A stretch of DNA of 64,000 nucleotides from Octopus sinensis (Eukaryota), in NCBI RefSeq assembly GCF_006345805.1, contig NW_021836147.1, positions 1-64,000 on the forward strand. The letters run 5' to 3'. Numbering within the stretch: the stretch's first letter is position 1; the number at the start of each line of letters is the position of its first letter. Of the stretch, positions 12,002-25,501 are shown piece after piece. The notes beneath the pieces are model-generated. The model was given only the letters and a program-made list of their open reading frames with translations, did no database searches and was not told where the DNA came from. The position numbers were made by a program, and so were the translations under genes.

Positions 12002-12039
12002 TCTTTCTGTTGAAGAGCGTAGGCTCGAAACGTTAAAGA
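12002..12039 (+). ncRNA. Putative hammerhead variant in the 5' pLTR (CUGUUGA+A, GUU site after 12034)
   Basis: TCTTT-CTGTTGA-A-GAGC(GTAG)GCTC-GAAA-CGTT/AAAGA. Confidence 0.55.
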
Positions 12040-12781
12040 CTTGTTTTATTTATATTTCCTGAGCGCCATACTAATACAATTGTTCGTTTGTTTTCCACCT
12101 GCCTTCGTCTTTTGTCTATTTTCATAAAGCTTCCCGTTATATATTATGCGCTCACGTGGTCTCACTTTCATCCTATATTCTACCAATACCACTATCAACA
12201 CTTACCTCTACCTTGGATTTTCTTTACCTCTTGGATACTTACCATTGGCTGCACCTCTCTTTCGCGGATCAAAGTGACTTTGCATTGATGTGAAATCCTT
12301 AAAAAATATACCACAACGTCTACACATTTCTCACCTTGAACTTTCAACCTTGAACTTGTTCGCATAAACTGTCCCGTTTGTTGTATTTTTATTTTCTCTT
12401 ATATTACCACTTTTTTTACATTCATTTCATGCTTTCCACATTTTCCTGCATTTTTGTTCTCCTTTCCGTCTTTCTTCCCTCTCTGGATGTCCATACTCCG
12501 TTTCCTCTGCCTGCACCCCCCTTTTTTGCCTCCCCCTCTCTCTGCTTCCCTTCTTTCTTTCCCTTTTCCGTTTGCCCCGTCTTTTCTGCCCCTATCGCTT
12601 ACTTATCTAGTTTTTTCATACGATTATTATTTTTTTGTTTTTTTGAACGTTTGTTTTTCCCTTTTTTCGCTATCCCCTTTTTTTCTATTTTTTTCATACG
12701 ATAATTTTTGTTTTTTGTTTTTTTTTGTTTTTTCGAACGTTTTTTTTTGTTTTTTCGAACGTTTTTTTCCGCTATCCCATC

Positions 12782-15700
12782 ATGCCGGATCCTAGGTCCT
12801 ACCTCCTCACCCTCCATCACCGTTTGAAGGATCATCTCCGTTCTCTTCCTGTATATTGCCTTCAGCCGTCCGTTAATCTCTCTCTACTCTTTTTAAAAAA
12901 AAACCGCTTCTCTAGCCATGTCTCTTTCCTAAGCCGCTGCCTACATCACCGACTCATCCCTAAAGGTTTCCGCCTCCACTTCCACCCTGCTCTCCACTCG
13001 GATTCTTCCATCTTACCCATACTCCGCACCACATCTTACCGCCTTATGCGGGCCACCATTCGCTCCAATCTCTCCAAACTACATGCCATCAACCGCCTTC
13101 TTCCTCCTGCTTTCTCCACCTTCTCTCCTCTCTGCCGCCTCTCTATGCTCCAAACACGCTACGCTTCATTATCCATTTGAATCACCTCTTCCATCAATTT
13201 CTTTCTGATACCAAACTTCGTAAACTCCAATCACTCTTCCATTCCACTCTACCCGACGCCACTACCCCACTCCTCCACCACCACTTCTCCCCTCCCGATA
13301 GGCTCCATCCACCCACACCTAACCCCACTGCCCCTCCCTACAACCCCTTCTCCCCTCCCGATAGGCTCCATCCACCTACACCTAACCCTACTGCCCCGCC
13401 CCACCACCCCCCACACCTCCCCAATCCTCCCCCTCAGACCTCCACGATACCTACCACCCCTCCTACTTCTATTCCACCCACCCCTTCTCCACTTCCGTCT
13501 GTTGTTACCATTCCCCCCGATCTTCCCCTCTCTGCGGCTGAACGCTCCGTCCTTGGTAGGGGTCTGCATTTCATCCCCCTCACTCCATCCTGTAAGGAAT
13601 TCCAGACGCGAGTTGATGTCCACAGCTTTGTGCGCCGTGTCCGGTTGGGTGCGCATTACCACGACTCCACCCACCCACACCCAACGAAGAGGACTGCTTC
13701 ACTGGCCTGGGTCGCCGACCATCCCGTGGACGCCTGCCCCTGGCCAGATCCTAGCAGTGGATCTTTTCGCGGGCGCTTGTCAGCGTGCATTGGAGCGGTT
13801 CAACTTCTCCAGGCGCCAACGCCGCCTCAACATCTCCCCGGCTGAGCTCTTGGCTCTTCGTTCCCTCCAACGGCGCGCTGACATTATCATCAAACCGGCT
13901 GACAAGGGTGGAGCTGTAGTGGTGTGGCGCGCGGACCTCTATAGGGCCGAGGCTTTCCGCCAACTCAATGACACCTCCTTCTATTCCCCTCTGCCCTCTA
14001 ACCCCACACGTAGCTACCAACAGACGGTATCCTCTACTGTCCACGACCTCATCTCGTCCTCCCGTCTCCCCCGCACCGCATCCAACCTAATTGTGCGAAC
14101 CCCACGTACCCCCACCATTTACTTCCTCCCAAAAATCCACAACCCAACAACCCTGGCCGCCCCATCGTCTCCGCCTGTAACTGCCCCACGGAGCTCATCT
14201 CTAAATACCTCGACCGTGTCCTTGCCCCCCTAGTGGCATCTCTTCCCTCCCACATCCACGATACCAACCATGCTCTCCGGCTTTTCAACTCTTTCTCCTT
14301 CCTCCCGGCTCCTCCAAATCCTTTTTACTATGGACATCCAAAGCCTCTATACTGTTATCCCTCACCACGAAGGACTGCAGGCCCTTCGACACTTTCTTGA
14401 CCTCCGCTCTAACCCTGTACCTGACACCTCCTCCACACTCATTCGTCTGGCCGAACTTGTCCTTACTCTGAACTGCTTCTCGTTCACGGGCGAGTTCTAC
14501 CATCAGGTCTCGGGAGTGGCCATGGGAACGCGAATGGGCCCCAACTATGCGAACCTGTTCGTTGGCTATGTTGAGGCCAAATATTCTCTAATTTCACTGG
14601 TCCCACTCCTGAACTATATGGTCGTTACATTGACGACATTATCGGTGCCACCTCACTCTCCCGCGAACATCTAGATTCCTTCCTCTCTTTCGTCCAATCT
14701 TCCATCCAGCCCTCCACTTCACTTCCACTATCTCCAACACCTCTGTCTCCTTCCTCGACATTTCGGTTAGCATTCTTCTTCACTCCACTCTTACCACCTC
14801 CATTCACTACAAATACACAGACTCACACTCATACCTCAACTTCTCTTCCTCCCACCCAGAACACACCAAGCTTTCCATCCCCTATTCCCAATTCCTCCGT
14901 CTACGTAGGCTCTGTAGTGACGACCATGACTTTGAGACTCAGTCTCAACGTATGGCTCACCACTTCAGCCTACGTGGATACCCCCTCACCACTATCCACA
15001 CCGCCCTTGCCAGAGCACGGTCCGTGGACTGTGTATCTGCTCTCTCTCCCCGAACCCGCCCTGTAGTCTCCCGCCTCCCTTTTCCCCCTCACTTACCACC
15101 CCACGACCCTACGTCTCCAACGCACCATTCTTCGAGCTTTCCGTCATCTCCAGTCCGACCCGTCCACTTCACACCTCTTCCCTAACCGACCCCTCCCCTC
15201 TTTCAAACGAGCCCACACACCTTCGAGACCTTTTGGTCCATAGCTCCTTCCCTGACCCTACCTCCCAACCCGGCTCGTTCCCCTGCTCCCGCCCGCCCAC
15301 GTTGCCGCACTTGCCCCTACCTCTCCAACACACCACCGCCTCACTCACTAGCACCCACCATCGACCCTATCCCATCATCCACTCCTTCACCTACACCTCC
15401 AGCAATATTATCTATTGCATCTCTTGCTCTCTCTGCAATTCCTTGTACATCGGACAAACGGGACGCCGCTTGGCTGACCGGTTCGCGGAACACCTTCGTG
15501 ACATCCACCTTGCGAACGACACCACCGGTCTCACGCCATTTCCGCTCCACCGGTCACTCCTTGCAACACCTATCTGTGTTCAGTTTGTCCTTACACAGAG
15601 GCCATCCGGATTCCCGTTTGCGCCGTGAACAGGAATTAATCTTCTCTCTTCGCTCTTATACGCCATTTGGTCTCAACTCTCCCCCCTCCTCATCTAACCC
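12782..15700 (+). pseudogene. PLE polyprotein (RT, Cys linker, GIY-YIG endonuclease), multiply frameshifted as assembled
   Basis: SHVSFLSRCL..LIPKGF; LSAAERSVLGRGLHFIP; IIIKPADKGGAVVVW; YFLPKIH..PGRPIVS; FTMDIQSLYT; GVAMGTRMGPNYANLFVG; YGRYIDD; FPCSRP.RCRTCPY; IYCISCSLCNSLYIGQTGRRLADRFAEH..HF..GH. Confidence 0.93.
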
Positions 15701-16552
15701 CCCTCTCCCCCCTCCTCACCTATCCTTTCCCCCCGACCCCTACTTCTTCAGTCCTTCATCCTTTCACCCCTACTCCCCTTCCCTTCTTCCCTCTTTCTCC
15801 CTCCCTCCTTCCCTCTTCCCCTTCCCTCTGCTCCCTCACTCCCTCACTCCCCTTCTCTCTCCCCCCTATCCCTCTTTCATCCTTCCTCCCCCTCCTCCCC
15901 TTCCTTCTCCCCCTCCCCCTCTTCTCCCCCTCCCCCTCTTCTCCCCCTCCCCCTCTTCTCCCCCTCCCCCTCTTCTCCCCCTCCCCCTCTTCTCCCCCTC
16001 CCCCTCTTCTCCCCCTCCCCCTCTTCTCCTCACTACACTACACGACTTTACACATCACATCATATATGATGTGCCATACTAATACATACACCAACTATAC
16101 ATACTAATACATACGCCATACACACGTCCAGACCCCTCATACGCACTTATACTCTCTCATACACACACACACACACTTATACATACTAATACGTACTAAT
16201 ACATACTAATACATACTAATACATACACCAACCCCATACTTACGCACGTCCAGACCAATCCTACGCACTAATACTCTCTCATACACACACACACACACAC
16301 ACACCCTTATACATACTAATACATATACCAACCCTATACATACACACGTCCAGACCCCTCCTACGCACTATTAGCTGGTCCTTCAACCCTATTATCAACC
16401 CTATTATCAACCCTATTATCTCCCCTTATTTCGCTCTCGCGTCTCATGTTTGATCTTTGACCTCTGGCCGAAATCAGATCGCCATGTTGATTCGTTAGCT
16501 ACTGCACGCATTTTTTCCTCTCCTTCTTTCTGTGTTTTTTTCTCTCTGTGTA

Positions 16553-16590
16553 TCTTTCTGTTGAAGAGCGTAGGCTCGAAACGTTAAAGA
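16553..16590 (+). ncRNA. Putative hammerhead variant in the 3' pLTR (identical to 12002-12039)
   Basis: Same fold. Confidence 0.55.
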
Positions 16591-16714
16591 CTTGTTTTAT
16601 TTATATTTCCTGAGCGCCATACTAATACAATTGTTCGTTTGTTTTCCACCTGCCTTCGTCTTTTGTCTATTTTCATAAAGCTTCCCGTTATATATATATA
16701 TATACATATATATA

Positions 16715-16961
16715 TATTTTATTCTTTTACTTGGTTCAATTATTTGACTGCGGCCATGCTGGAGTACCGCCTTGAAGGATGTTAGTCGAAAAATCGACCC
16801 CAGAACTTATTCCTTGTAAGCCTAGTACTTATTCTATCATTCTATCGGTCTTTTTTGCCGGGCCGCTAATTTACAGGGACATAAACACACCAGCATCGTT
16901 TGTCAACTGATGCAACGGGGGGAGGAACAAACATACGCACACACAAGTATATACATATATG

Positions 16962-17003
<42 letters not shown>

Positions 17004-17316
17004 GTTAATCCAAACAAGAAAGCACAAAAAAAACACAACAACGCGAGGACGTGGAACAAATATAGTATTATTGGACGCTCAGGAAGGAAGGGAAGAAGGA
17101 GGGTTTAACGTTTCGAGCGGAGCTCTTCGTCGGAAACATAGGAGAAGGAAAGGTCCAGAGAAGGGAAGACAGAGGGAAAAAAATCGCCAACGGTACACAC
17201 GACGGGCTTCTTCCAGTTTCTGTCTACCAAATCCGCTCACAAGGTTTTGGTTGGAACTGAATCCGGAACCATGTGGTTGATAAGCAAGCTTCTTACCATA
17301 CAGCCACGCCTGCACC
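16715..17316 (-). mobile_element. SINE family A interrupted in its internal (AT)n by a PLE pLTR
   Basis: Tail 16715-16940 and head 17200-17316 are collinear around the insert. Confidence 0.8.
17001..17202 (-). mobile_element. Solo PLE pseudo-LTR, second family, with HHR-like motif at 17103-17137
   Basis: GTTT-CCGACGA-A-GAGC(TCC)GCTC-GAAA-CGTT/AAAC on the reverse strand. Confidence 0.75.
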
Positions 17317-17639
17317 TAAATATATATATACACTTTCGGTATGTAAATTAGGGACTCCTTCATAGAGTAAATGCTGCATTTATTGAGTATATAAACAGTT
17401 TGGCTGCGTGTGAACGCCTCTGCTGAGAACCCAATGAGGTTCGCGAAATCGATTAAGGTTTTTCATCACATGGCGGAGAAATGACTAAAAATTACCCTGT
17501 TTATAATTATACCATATGATATATATATACATGCATATATGGGTACAGAATGACACCAACTGTGCAAATAACATGAAATGCGTAAACGAACGAGGAAAAA
17601 ACGAATGAAATATGTAAACAACAAGAAATGGAATATATA

Positions 17640-17742
<103 letters not shown>

Positions 17743-19924
17743 TACATGGAAAAATGCGAGCATGAAAAATAATATTCTTAAGATTATAAACCTGAACAAT
17801 ATATTATACCTGGAAAAGTATACGACAAGCTATTACTTCTAGTAAAGTAAAGAATAAGAAACCTTTTAAAATATTGCATCAAAGAACACCAGTTCTTCTA
17901 ATTTATTACTTTACAGTTCTCATCTTTTTGATTTATTGTAACAAAACTGTTCAGTTAATTTGTAAGTTTGTCTAATGAGTCACTTTTTTTGTATTTAAGG
18001 TAGTAAATTAGCCAAATTCTACTTAAATAAGTATAGTGTTACTTGTAAACTATAATAAAATAATTTTTAATATTCAAATTTTAAATTTTAGCTGCAATAT
18101 TTTAAGTAAAAAGTTTCTTATTCTTTACTTTACTAGAAGTAATAGCTTGTCCTATACTTTACCAAGTGTAATGATGTACGTGTGTATGTGTGTGTGTGTA
18201 TGTGTGTGACAACCGATATTGGCTTGTTTAAGTCCCAGTAGCCTAGTGGTTCTGCAAAAGAAACCGATGGAATAAGTACTTTTCCAGGTTTATAATCTTA
18301 AGAATATTACTTTTCATGCTCGTATTACTCCATGTAATCCATGATTTTTCCAGGCATTGCTGTTATAAGATAATTAATAATGTGTCAACTAATAATTTAA
18401 GATTTTAACTTATAAACAACTGAAAGATATTTCAATTTTTCCATGTAAGTGATGATACTATTTCAATTTTTTTCATGCTTAATTTAAATATATGTTGTGA
18501 CTGAATTATTTGATAGTACTCATCCACACCAAATTAATGGCAGGGAATTTTACCATCTTGTACTATGGCCCACCAAAAGTTACAAACAACAAGACCCAAA
18601 AACCATCAGTTACTAGGCTCCCTTAAGTAACCTAGATTTTGAGTTGGGGATAATAGCACTGACTGCTGGTAATCTAGATCTATCAATAATTATTGAATAC
18701 AACACAGTAATTATAAAAGAATATCAGATATACACAAGTTAAAATTACCTACATCCCGTTAATGTAAATGTGATTTATGAAAAATCCCTTTTAATTAATT
18801 TGGAAATTTAAAAAGTAAATTTAGAATATAAGCTCTTTTAACCAATGCCTTTTCTGGACAGCCTTACTACATGCCTTCAGGACTGCTCATAGAGACACAG
18901 CCAAAAATGACTATACTCCTACCTCAGTAAATTTAGATGCACATATCTGAAGCATATAACTAAAAAGAAAAGGAAAGCAACTAAAAAGGAAAAGCAAAAA
19001 CAGCAGAAAGCAAGTTAATTAAAGCTGGATGAGAAAATTAATAATAAAAGTTAAACTTAACCAAATTTAACAGCATATTAAAAATAACTTTATTAAATAC
19101 TTGAAAAATAAAATATACGTAACGTAAAGTCGACCTCGGTGGAATTTAAACTCTGAGCGAAAAGACAGACGAAATAGCGATAAGTATTTAGCACGGTGCG
19201 TTAACGTTTCTACAAACTCGCCGCGTTAGAATATGAGCATTTGTTTCAGAAATACATTCTTATCTTAACATTATAGCTTGGGGCGTTACTTCTTACTTCT
19301 TCACTTCCTGACAATAAATTTCATTACATTTCACCTCATAACTATTTTCTAATTTTTGTTTAATACGACTAACGATTCTGAATTCCTCATGCATTTTTCT
19401 ATTATTTAAGCATAAGAAAATTATGCTTTTATTTTAAAATAAAAATATTTATGTTAATTGAAGATGAATAGGTGTCTTACTGCTCCCGTTGAGGTCGCAG
19501 ATATTTTGATGTAACTTTTTTTCTACTGAAACAAATCTCATACTATTTATGCCAAAGTGTAGCTGAGGAGGTGTCTTCGTTACAACGGTTGACAGTTTGC
19601 AATTTAGTTGAGAACTGAATTAGTAGTGAAGTTTGGAAGCTACTGCGATTGACGAAATGGTGAACTTAAGAATAAGTTCAACCACTACTGTGGTTAAATG
19701 ATATATGAGAAATTACAAAAAACAAGAGTTTATACTATTAGTCCCTACGTACGTTTGAAATTGTGATCACTTGGAACCCTGCATTGGATGTTCCAAGAAC
19801 ATTTGAATTCTTAACCAGAACGGTTAACCAGAGAACACTTAAATGCATTAATGTAAAGGGATCTAATATGCGTGGAGCTCTAAACTTAACAGTAGCAATC
19901 CTGTATCTATTTGTACACATACGA

Positions 19925-19959
<35 letters not shown>

Positions 19960-20186
19960 AGAAGAAAATAAAACGAAATAAATTTCTTTTACAGAACAAA
20001 AGTTAGCACTCATTAAATAGAGGTAAAATAATATAAAGTATTATAGGTTTCCATGAAAAGGCAACTTCCGAGATAATGACAATCGAAACACATTATTTTC
20101 CTCAACAGATTTTTCGAAAGGCATAACCCTTGATGGAATACAATATATAATATAGATACTAAAAATTTATATAAAATATATAAATA

Positions 20187-20225
<39 letters not shown>

Positions 20226-20302
20226 CAAAAATACATTCGCATGAGATCGTTTGATCTATATATTCATATAAATTGATAGATATACTTACACACACACACA
20301 CA

Positions 20303-20333
<31 letters not shown>

Positions 20334-21135
20334 TTGGTATCAACAAAATTTATCTATCTATAGATAGATATCCATATATACATATTATATATATATATAT
20401 TATTTATATATATATGCATATGCACGCGCACACAGGCACACGCACACTCACATACACACACACACACACACATTTATCAGCCAGTAAAAACAATTCACCG
20501 AAATAAAATTATCTTATCTGAAACTAGAATTTCAAAGCAATATTTTTTTTAATGGCGTCAAACTGTTTTATAAGCGTCTGGTTATATAAATTTGTCACAA
20601 ACCGTTAGAGAGGATTGTTATACTTCCTATCATAGATTGTTTGCCAAGCCTTTCCCTGACAACCCTTTTCGAAGAACTGCGTTAATAATGTAAATAATTT
20701 TTTCCCTCCTATCTAGTTTTTCTTTAGATTCTATAGAAAGTCATTTGCTAGCGGGCTCTATCATCTTGCATCAAAGTCATATTAGCGACTCTTGGTGATA
20801 GAGAAATTGACCTTTATATCGCTATCTGTTTACATTCTTAGACAAAGCGAAACGTGCCAATACAAAGAGGGAGAATGTGAGATACAATACTAATGTAAGA
20901 TTTCTTTCTCATAGTCCCACTTTTTGCCTATGCACGTTTCGTTTTATTTTTTAAACATGTTTTCACTATCAACAATAAATTTAATTTGATTCCACTCATT
21001 ATTTTACTAACAGTTTCTTCAGTTTCTGAAATTTTTACACGGTGCTTTGATTTGTTTGCCTTATACATCTTCGCTTAAATATTTTAATCTTTGCTTTTGG
21101 AAATCTTCATGAATATGCGTATTATTCTTCCTGCA

Positions 21136-21553
21136 GGCGACGAGCTGGCAGAATCATTAGCACGCTGGGCGAAATGCTTAGCGGTATTTCGTCTGTCTCT
21201 ACGTTCTGAGTTCAAATTCCGCCGTGGTCGACTTTGCCTTTCATCCTTCCGGGGTCGATTAAATAAGTACCAGTTACGCACTGGAGTCGATGTAATCGAC
21301 TTAATACCTATGTCTGTCCTTGTTTGTCCCCTCTTTGCTTAGCCCCTTGTGGGTAATAAAGAAATAGGTATTTCGCCTGTCTCTACGTTCTGAGTTCAAA
21401 TTCCGCCGTGGTCGACTTTGCCTTTCATCCTTCTGGGGTCGATTAAATAAGTACCAGTTACGCACTGGAGTCGATGTAATCGACTTAATACCTATGTCTG
21501 TCCTTGTTTGTCCCCTCTATGTTTAGCCCCTTGTGGGTAATAAAGAAATAAGT
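21136..21553 (+). mobile_element. SINE family B, head plus duplicated body (183-bp period)
   Basis: B box GAGTTCAAATTCC occurs twice; 15-bp TSD ATT(A/G)TTCTTCCTGCA at 21121-21135 and 21554-21568. Confidence 0.9.
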
Positions 21554-21765
21554 ATTGTTCTTCCTGCAAGACAAGGAAGGAAATTCTTTGTTGTCGCTCG
21601 ATTCATTAGAAATAGCAGAAACGTATCCCTCCTTTAATGTCTTACTGGTTTCTTTTGGAATCCAGAGATGCAATGAATTATGTAGATCGAGATGCACAAA
21701 TCCCATTAGAAGAACGGGACTGCTAAACAGCAACAACGACGACGACAAATGAAGGTACTCATAGA

Positions 21766-22175
21766 GGCGCAGGAGTGGCTGTGTGGTAAGTAGCTTGCTA
21801 ACCAACCACATGGTTCCGGGTTCAGTCCCACTGCGTGGCATCTTGGGCAAGTGTCTTCTACTATAGCCCCGGGTCGACCAATGCCTTGTGAGTGGATTTG
21901 GTAGACGAAAACTGAAAGAAGCCTGTCGTATATATGTATATATATATAAGTGTGTATATGTTTGTGTGTCTGTGTTTGTCCCCCTAGCATTGCTTGACAA
22001 CCGATGATGCTGGTGTGTTTACGTCCCCGTCACTTAGAGATTCGGCAAAACAGACCGATAGAATAAGTACTGGGCTTACAAAGAATAAGTCCCGGGGTCG
22101 ATTTGCTCGACTAAAGGCGGTGCTCCAGCATGGCCGCAGTCAAATGACTGAAACAAGTAAATGAGTAAAAGAGTA
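21766..22175 (+). mobile_element. SINE family A, full length
   Basis: Closely similar to 10380-10768 and 50672-51049. Confidence 0.93.
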
Positions 22176-22884
22176 ATATCTGTAATGATGAATTTTTTTT
22201 TCTTTGTAAATAAGAGGAGGCAATATCGTTGGAATTATTGAATTTGAACAACTTGACCTTGTGAGAGAAATGCATGTAGAAGTCAAACATGGCAACTATA
22301 CTTAAACCGAATACATTTATGTTTTTGATCCCCAAAAATAAACTTGCTTAAAAGACTTACTTGAGAATTTATTGACTGTTCAACTATTTGGTATATAAGA
22401 TCATTCAATGACTAATCTCCCACATTTGTGGGAAAATGTTTTGTAGATCTGTTGGTGATGGCATTTTTATTATTAATCAAATGAGCACTAAACATACATA
22501 TTCTCGGGAGAAAGAAATTTTAATTAATTAATATTATACTCTTAGTGATGAAAAGAAATTCTTATTGTAATCATTAACTTTGATCAAGAAATTCTGGGTA
22601 AACAACCTGAGAATTTAATGATTTATTAATTAAAAATAGACTGGGGGTGGGGGAAGTAACCATATCTTTAAGATGCTGCATTTTTTTTATTTACATTTGC
22701 TAAACAGTTACTCAAACATTACGCTTATTGACAGCCTTTTAAAATTCTTATCACCAATGTGTTGTTAAACAACTCAAGTCCCATCCATCCCGTTTTTTGA
22801 AGTGATATTGGAAAATCACAAGGCATCACTTAAGTAATCTCTGCCAACGTAATTTCTACTCTGATTTGCTATTAAATATTGGCT

Positions 22885-23090
22885 TCAAATTTTGGCACAA
22901 GGCCAGTGACTTCGGGTGAGTGAGTAAGTCGATTACATCGACCCCAATGTTCAACGAGTACTTATTTTATCGACCCCGAAGGATGAAAGGCCTAGTCGAC
23001 TCCACTGGTGCTTGAACTCAGAACGTAAAGATGAATGAAATGCCGCTAAGCATTTTACCCGGCGTGCTAACGATTCTACTTCCTCTCCGC
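22885..23090 (-). mobile_element. SINE family B, degenerate, alternative tail
   Basis: GATTACATCGACCCC..TTATCGACCCCGAAGGATGAAAGGC..GAACTCAGAACGTAAAG. Confidence 0.75.
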
Positions 23091-25319
23091 CTAATTTTTG
23101 ATACTATAAAATATTACAATTATTTTTTATCAAATGCTAACATTCGTGATATTTCAGTCTCCATAATACGAAGAGAAATATAATAAAGAGATTATAACTT
23201 CAATGTATAATATCGGTGTATGATCGTGGGAATTAGAATATTCTTTTCTTCATAGTGAAAAAAGCTTATAAGTACCAATACGATCAATATATAAATATAA
23301 GTCAATATTTTTGAAGGCAGAGATGACATCAAGAAATACCACTAAGATATTCTACACCAGCGTAAGTTTGGTTCATTCTTCCACAAAATTAAAGCGTTCT
23401 TTGAATGTCAGTATATACATTAAAAATAAGTAATTATTTGACTAATAATGAAAAATACTTTATATTGATATCATATTCGCGTTTATACTTTATAGAAATT
23501 AAGTACAAGCTATTTTAAACTCTTAAATGCAATGCTATTCACACACTTGAATAACACAATGTATTTGAAAGCCAATCGTAGCCTATGAAGCAGTGTCTGA
23601 AAGAGTTCTACACACTGTAGGGCTTGTAATTATGCATGCTAATTTTCATACTTTTCGTAATATAATACCTTTCAATTTGCTTCGGTTACGCATCTTAATG
23701 CAAACTATGAAATTTCACAGTGGAAACAGTTGAACAAAATATTTAATTAAAGAATGAAAAAGAAAGACGAAAAAAATCTTGGATGATCGGAGAGAAATAG
23801 GTGTTGCATATTTGGATTTCTTAATTTATAAACTTGTAATTTGATGTGATTTTAGGATAACAATGATTTACTATATGGTAAACGATTTCTCAAAATCATG
23901 TAAATTTATATTATTTATCATGCTACTGGTGAGCATAATACAGCAATGGTTAACTATGTAATGGCTCAGTGTCTCGGTATTTAGTTCTGAAGCAATTTTC
24001 TCTCCTTATTCTTCTTCTTTCGGAAGATGAATGAAAAATCTTTTACAGTTCCAATCTTCTTGCTATAGATCATATAGGTGAAATGTTCAATACTATGTCG
24101 CCACAAATCGTATGCTAAAATTGAAAGGGCTCATAAGATATGATTCGTCTATTTCATTTTCGGTTATATTTATTCCATAGTTTTCCGATTTTTCTTTTAG
24201 TTTGTAATTTTAACAACAATTTATTATTTCACCTTTCTTCACCGAGCCTATGAATCTTATTGGAAATAAATTCTTATTTGAATCATGATGAAATTTATGT
24301 AAACTAACACATATACTTGGAGTCCTTAGAATTAAGGACACCAAATATTTTGTCAAATATTTTGTGAACACAAATTTTCTAGAGATCAAATTTTATAAAA
24401 TGTGTTTTAGAAGAAACGAGATATCGTAAAAATAAATATGAAACATTCATTTATTTCTCATTTTTCACTGCAAGTAATCAAATCAATTTAATTTTCAGTT
24501 TTGTTATTGTGACAAGAAAAAATTGGGGAATACGATCTGTCGTAATATCTCCATCTTGTTTCTTATACTTTTATACTTTACTTCCTTTCTAATCATACTT
24601 TTTATGTCACTTATGTGCAGTAAATTTCAGAAGACATTCACATACAAAGTGCTTTATGCAAACTACAGAGCTTATGCAGTTGCGTTAAGCATACTTTGAA
24701 ATTGGATTTCTTTTCTTGTCTTTTCTATAATGACCTGTCTTATTAAAGAGAGCTAAAACCCCAGAAATATTGATGTACAAATGTGTTTTACTATACTGCT
24801 TATTCTGATTTCCTTTCTTAAAGAATTATCAAAAATTTATACGATAAGAAAAACAAATTACACAAATACTTTACTTTCAATAAAAGAGATTCCATGAAAG
24901 ATATAGACAGAAATGTTACTTTCAAATAATACTGAACTGCATTTAGCATGTAAAAAAAAAACGAAAGGAGAGAGGATCATATCCATGGACGACTACTGCA
25001 TAAAGAATTAAAAGTTGACTTGATGCTAACACGCTCAATCATTCTTTTAAGTTGTTACACATGAGTATATTTGCTGAAAATGTTTGTATATCTCAGTTAT
25101 GCAACTGAGAAGATACATAACAAAAGGAATTTGGTCAAAAATTAAAATATGTCATTGAGAAAATGTTGAAAGTGCTATGAACTTCTGAGCCTTAAAATTG
25201 ATACTTAGCCATTAAAGATTACCGACCGTTTCTTAAACTTGAACTTAAACACTCGTTTTTCCTGATTAAAAGAATGAAATTACGGTATGAACACATTGCA
25301 CGGACATTCTTTTGAAATT

Positions 25320-25353
<34 letters not shown>

Positions 25354-25501
25354 TGTTTGTGTGTGTGTGTATGTGCGTGTGTGTGTATGTGTGTGTGTGT
25401 TGTGTGTGTGTGTGTGTGCGTGCGTGCGTGCATGTGTAATTTGTAGAGGTAGCAGATATAACCTTTACTTCTCCGAGAAGTTAAATATATTAACTTTCTC
25501 A

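Larger units (their letters stand above)
12000..16695 (+). mobile_element. Full-length Neptune-type Penelope-like retroelement with direct pseudo-LTRs
   Basis: Identical 145-bp direct repeats at 12000-12144 and 16551-16695; frameshifted ORF with RT and a C-terminal GIY-YIG. Confidence 0.93.

Noticed and set aside
23317-23361. AG/GTAAGT-bounded 45-nt candidate exon (AEMTSRNTTKIFYTS)
   Set aside because: Weak polypyrimidine tract, no recognisable protein, no supporting neighbouring exons; needs RNA-seq
25204-25252. About 50-bp similarity to 26313-26361
   Set aside because: Both probably belong to the decayed LINE relic; too short and diverged to interpret
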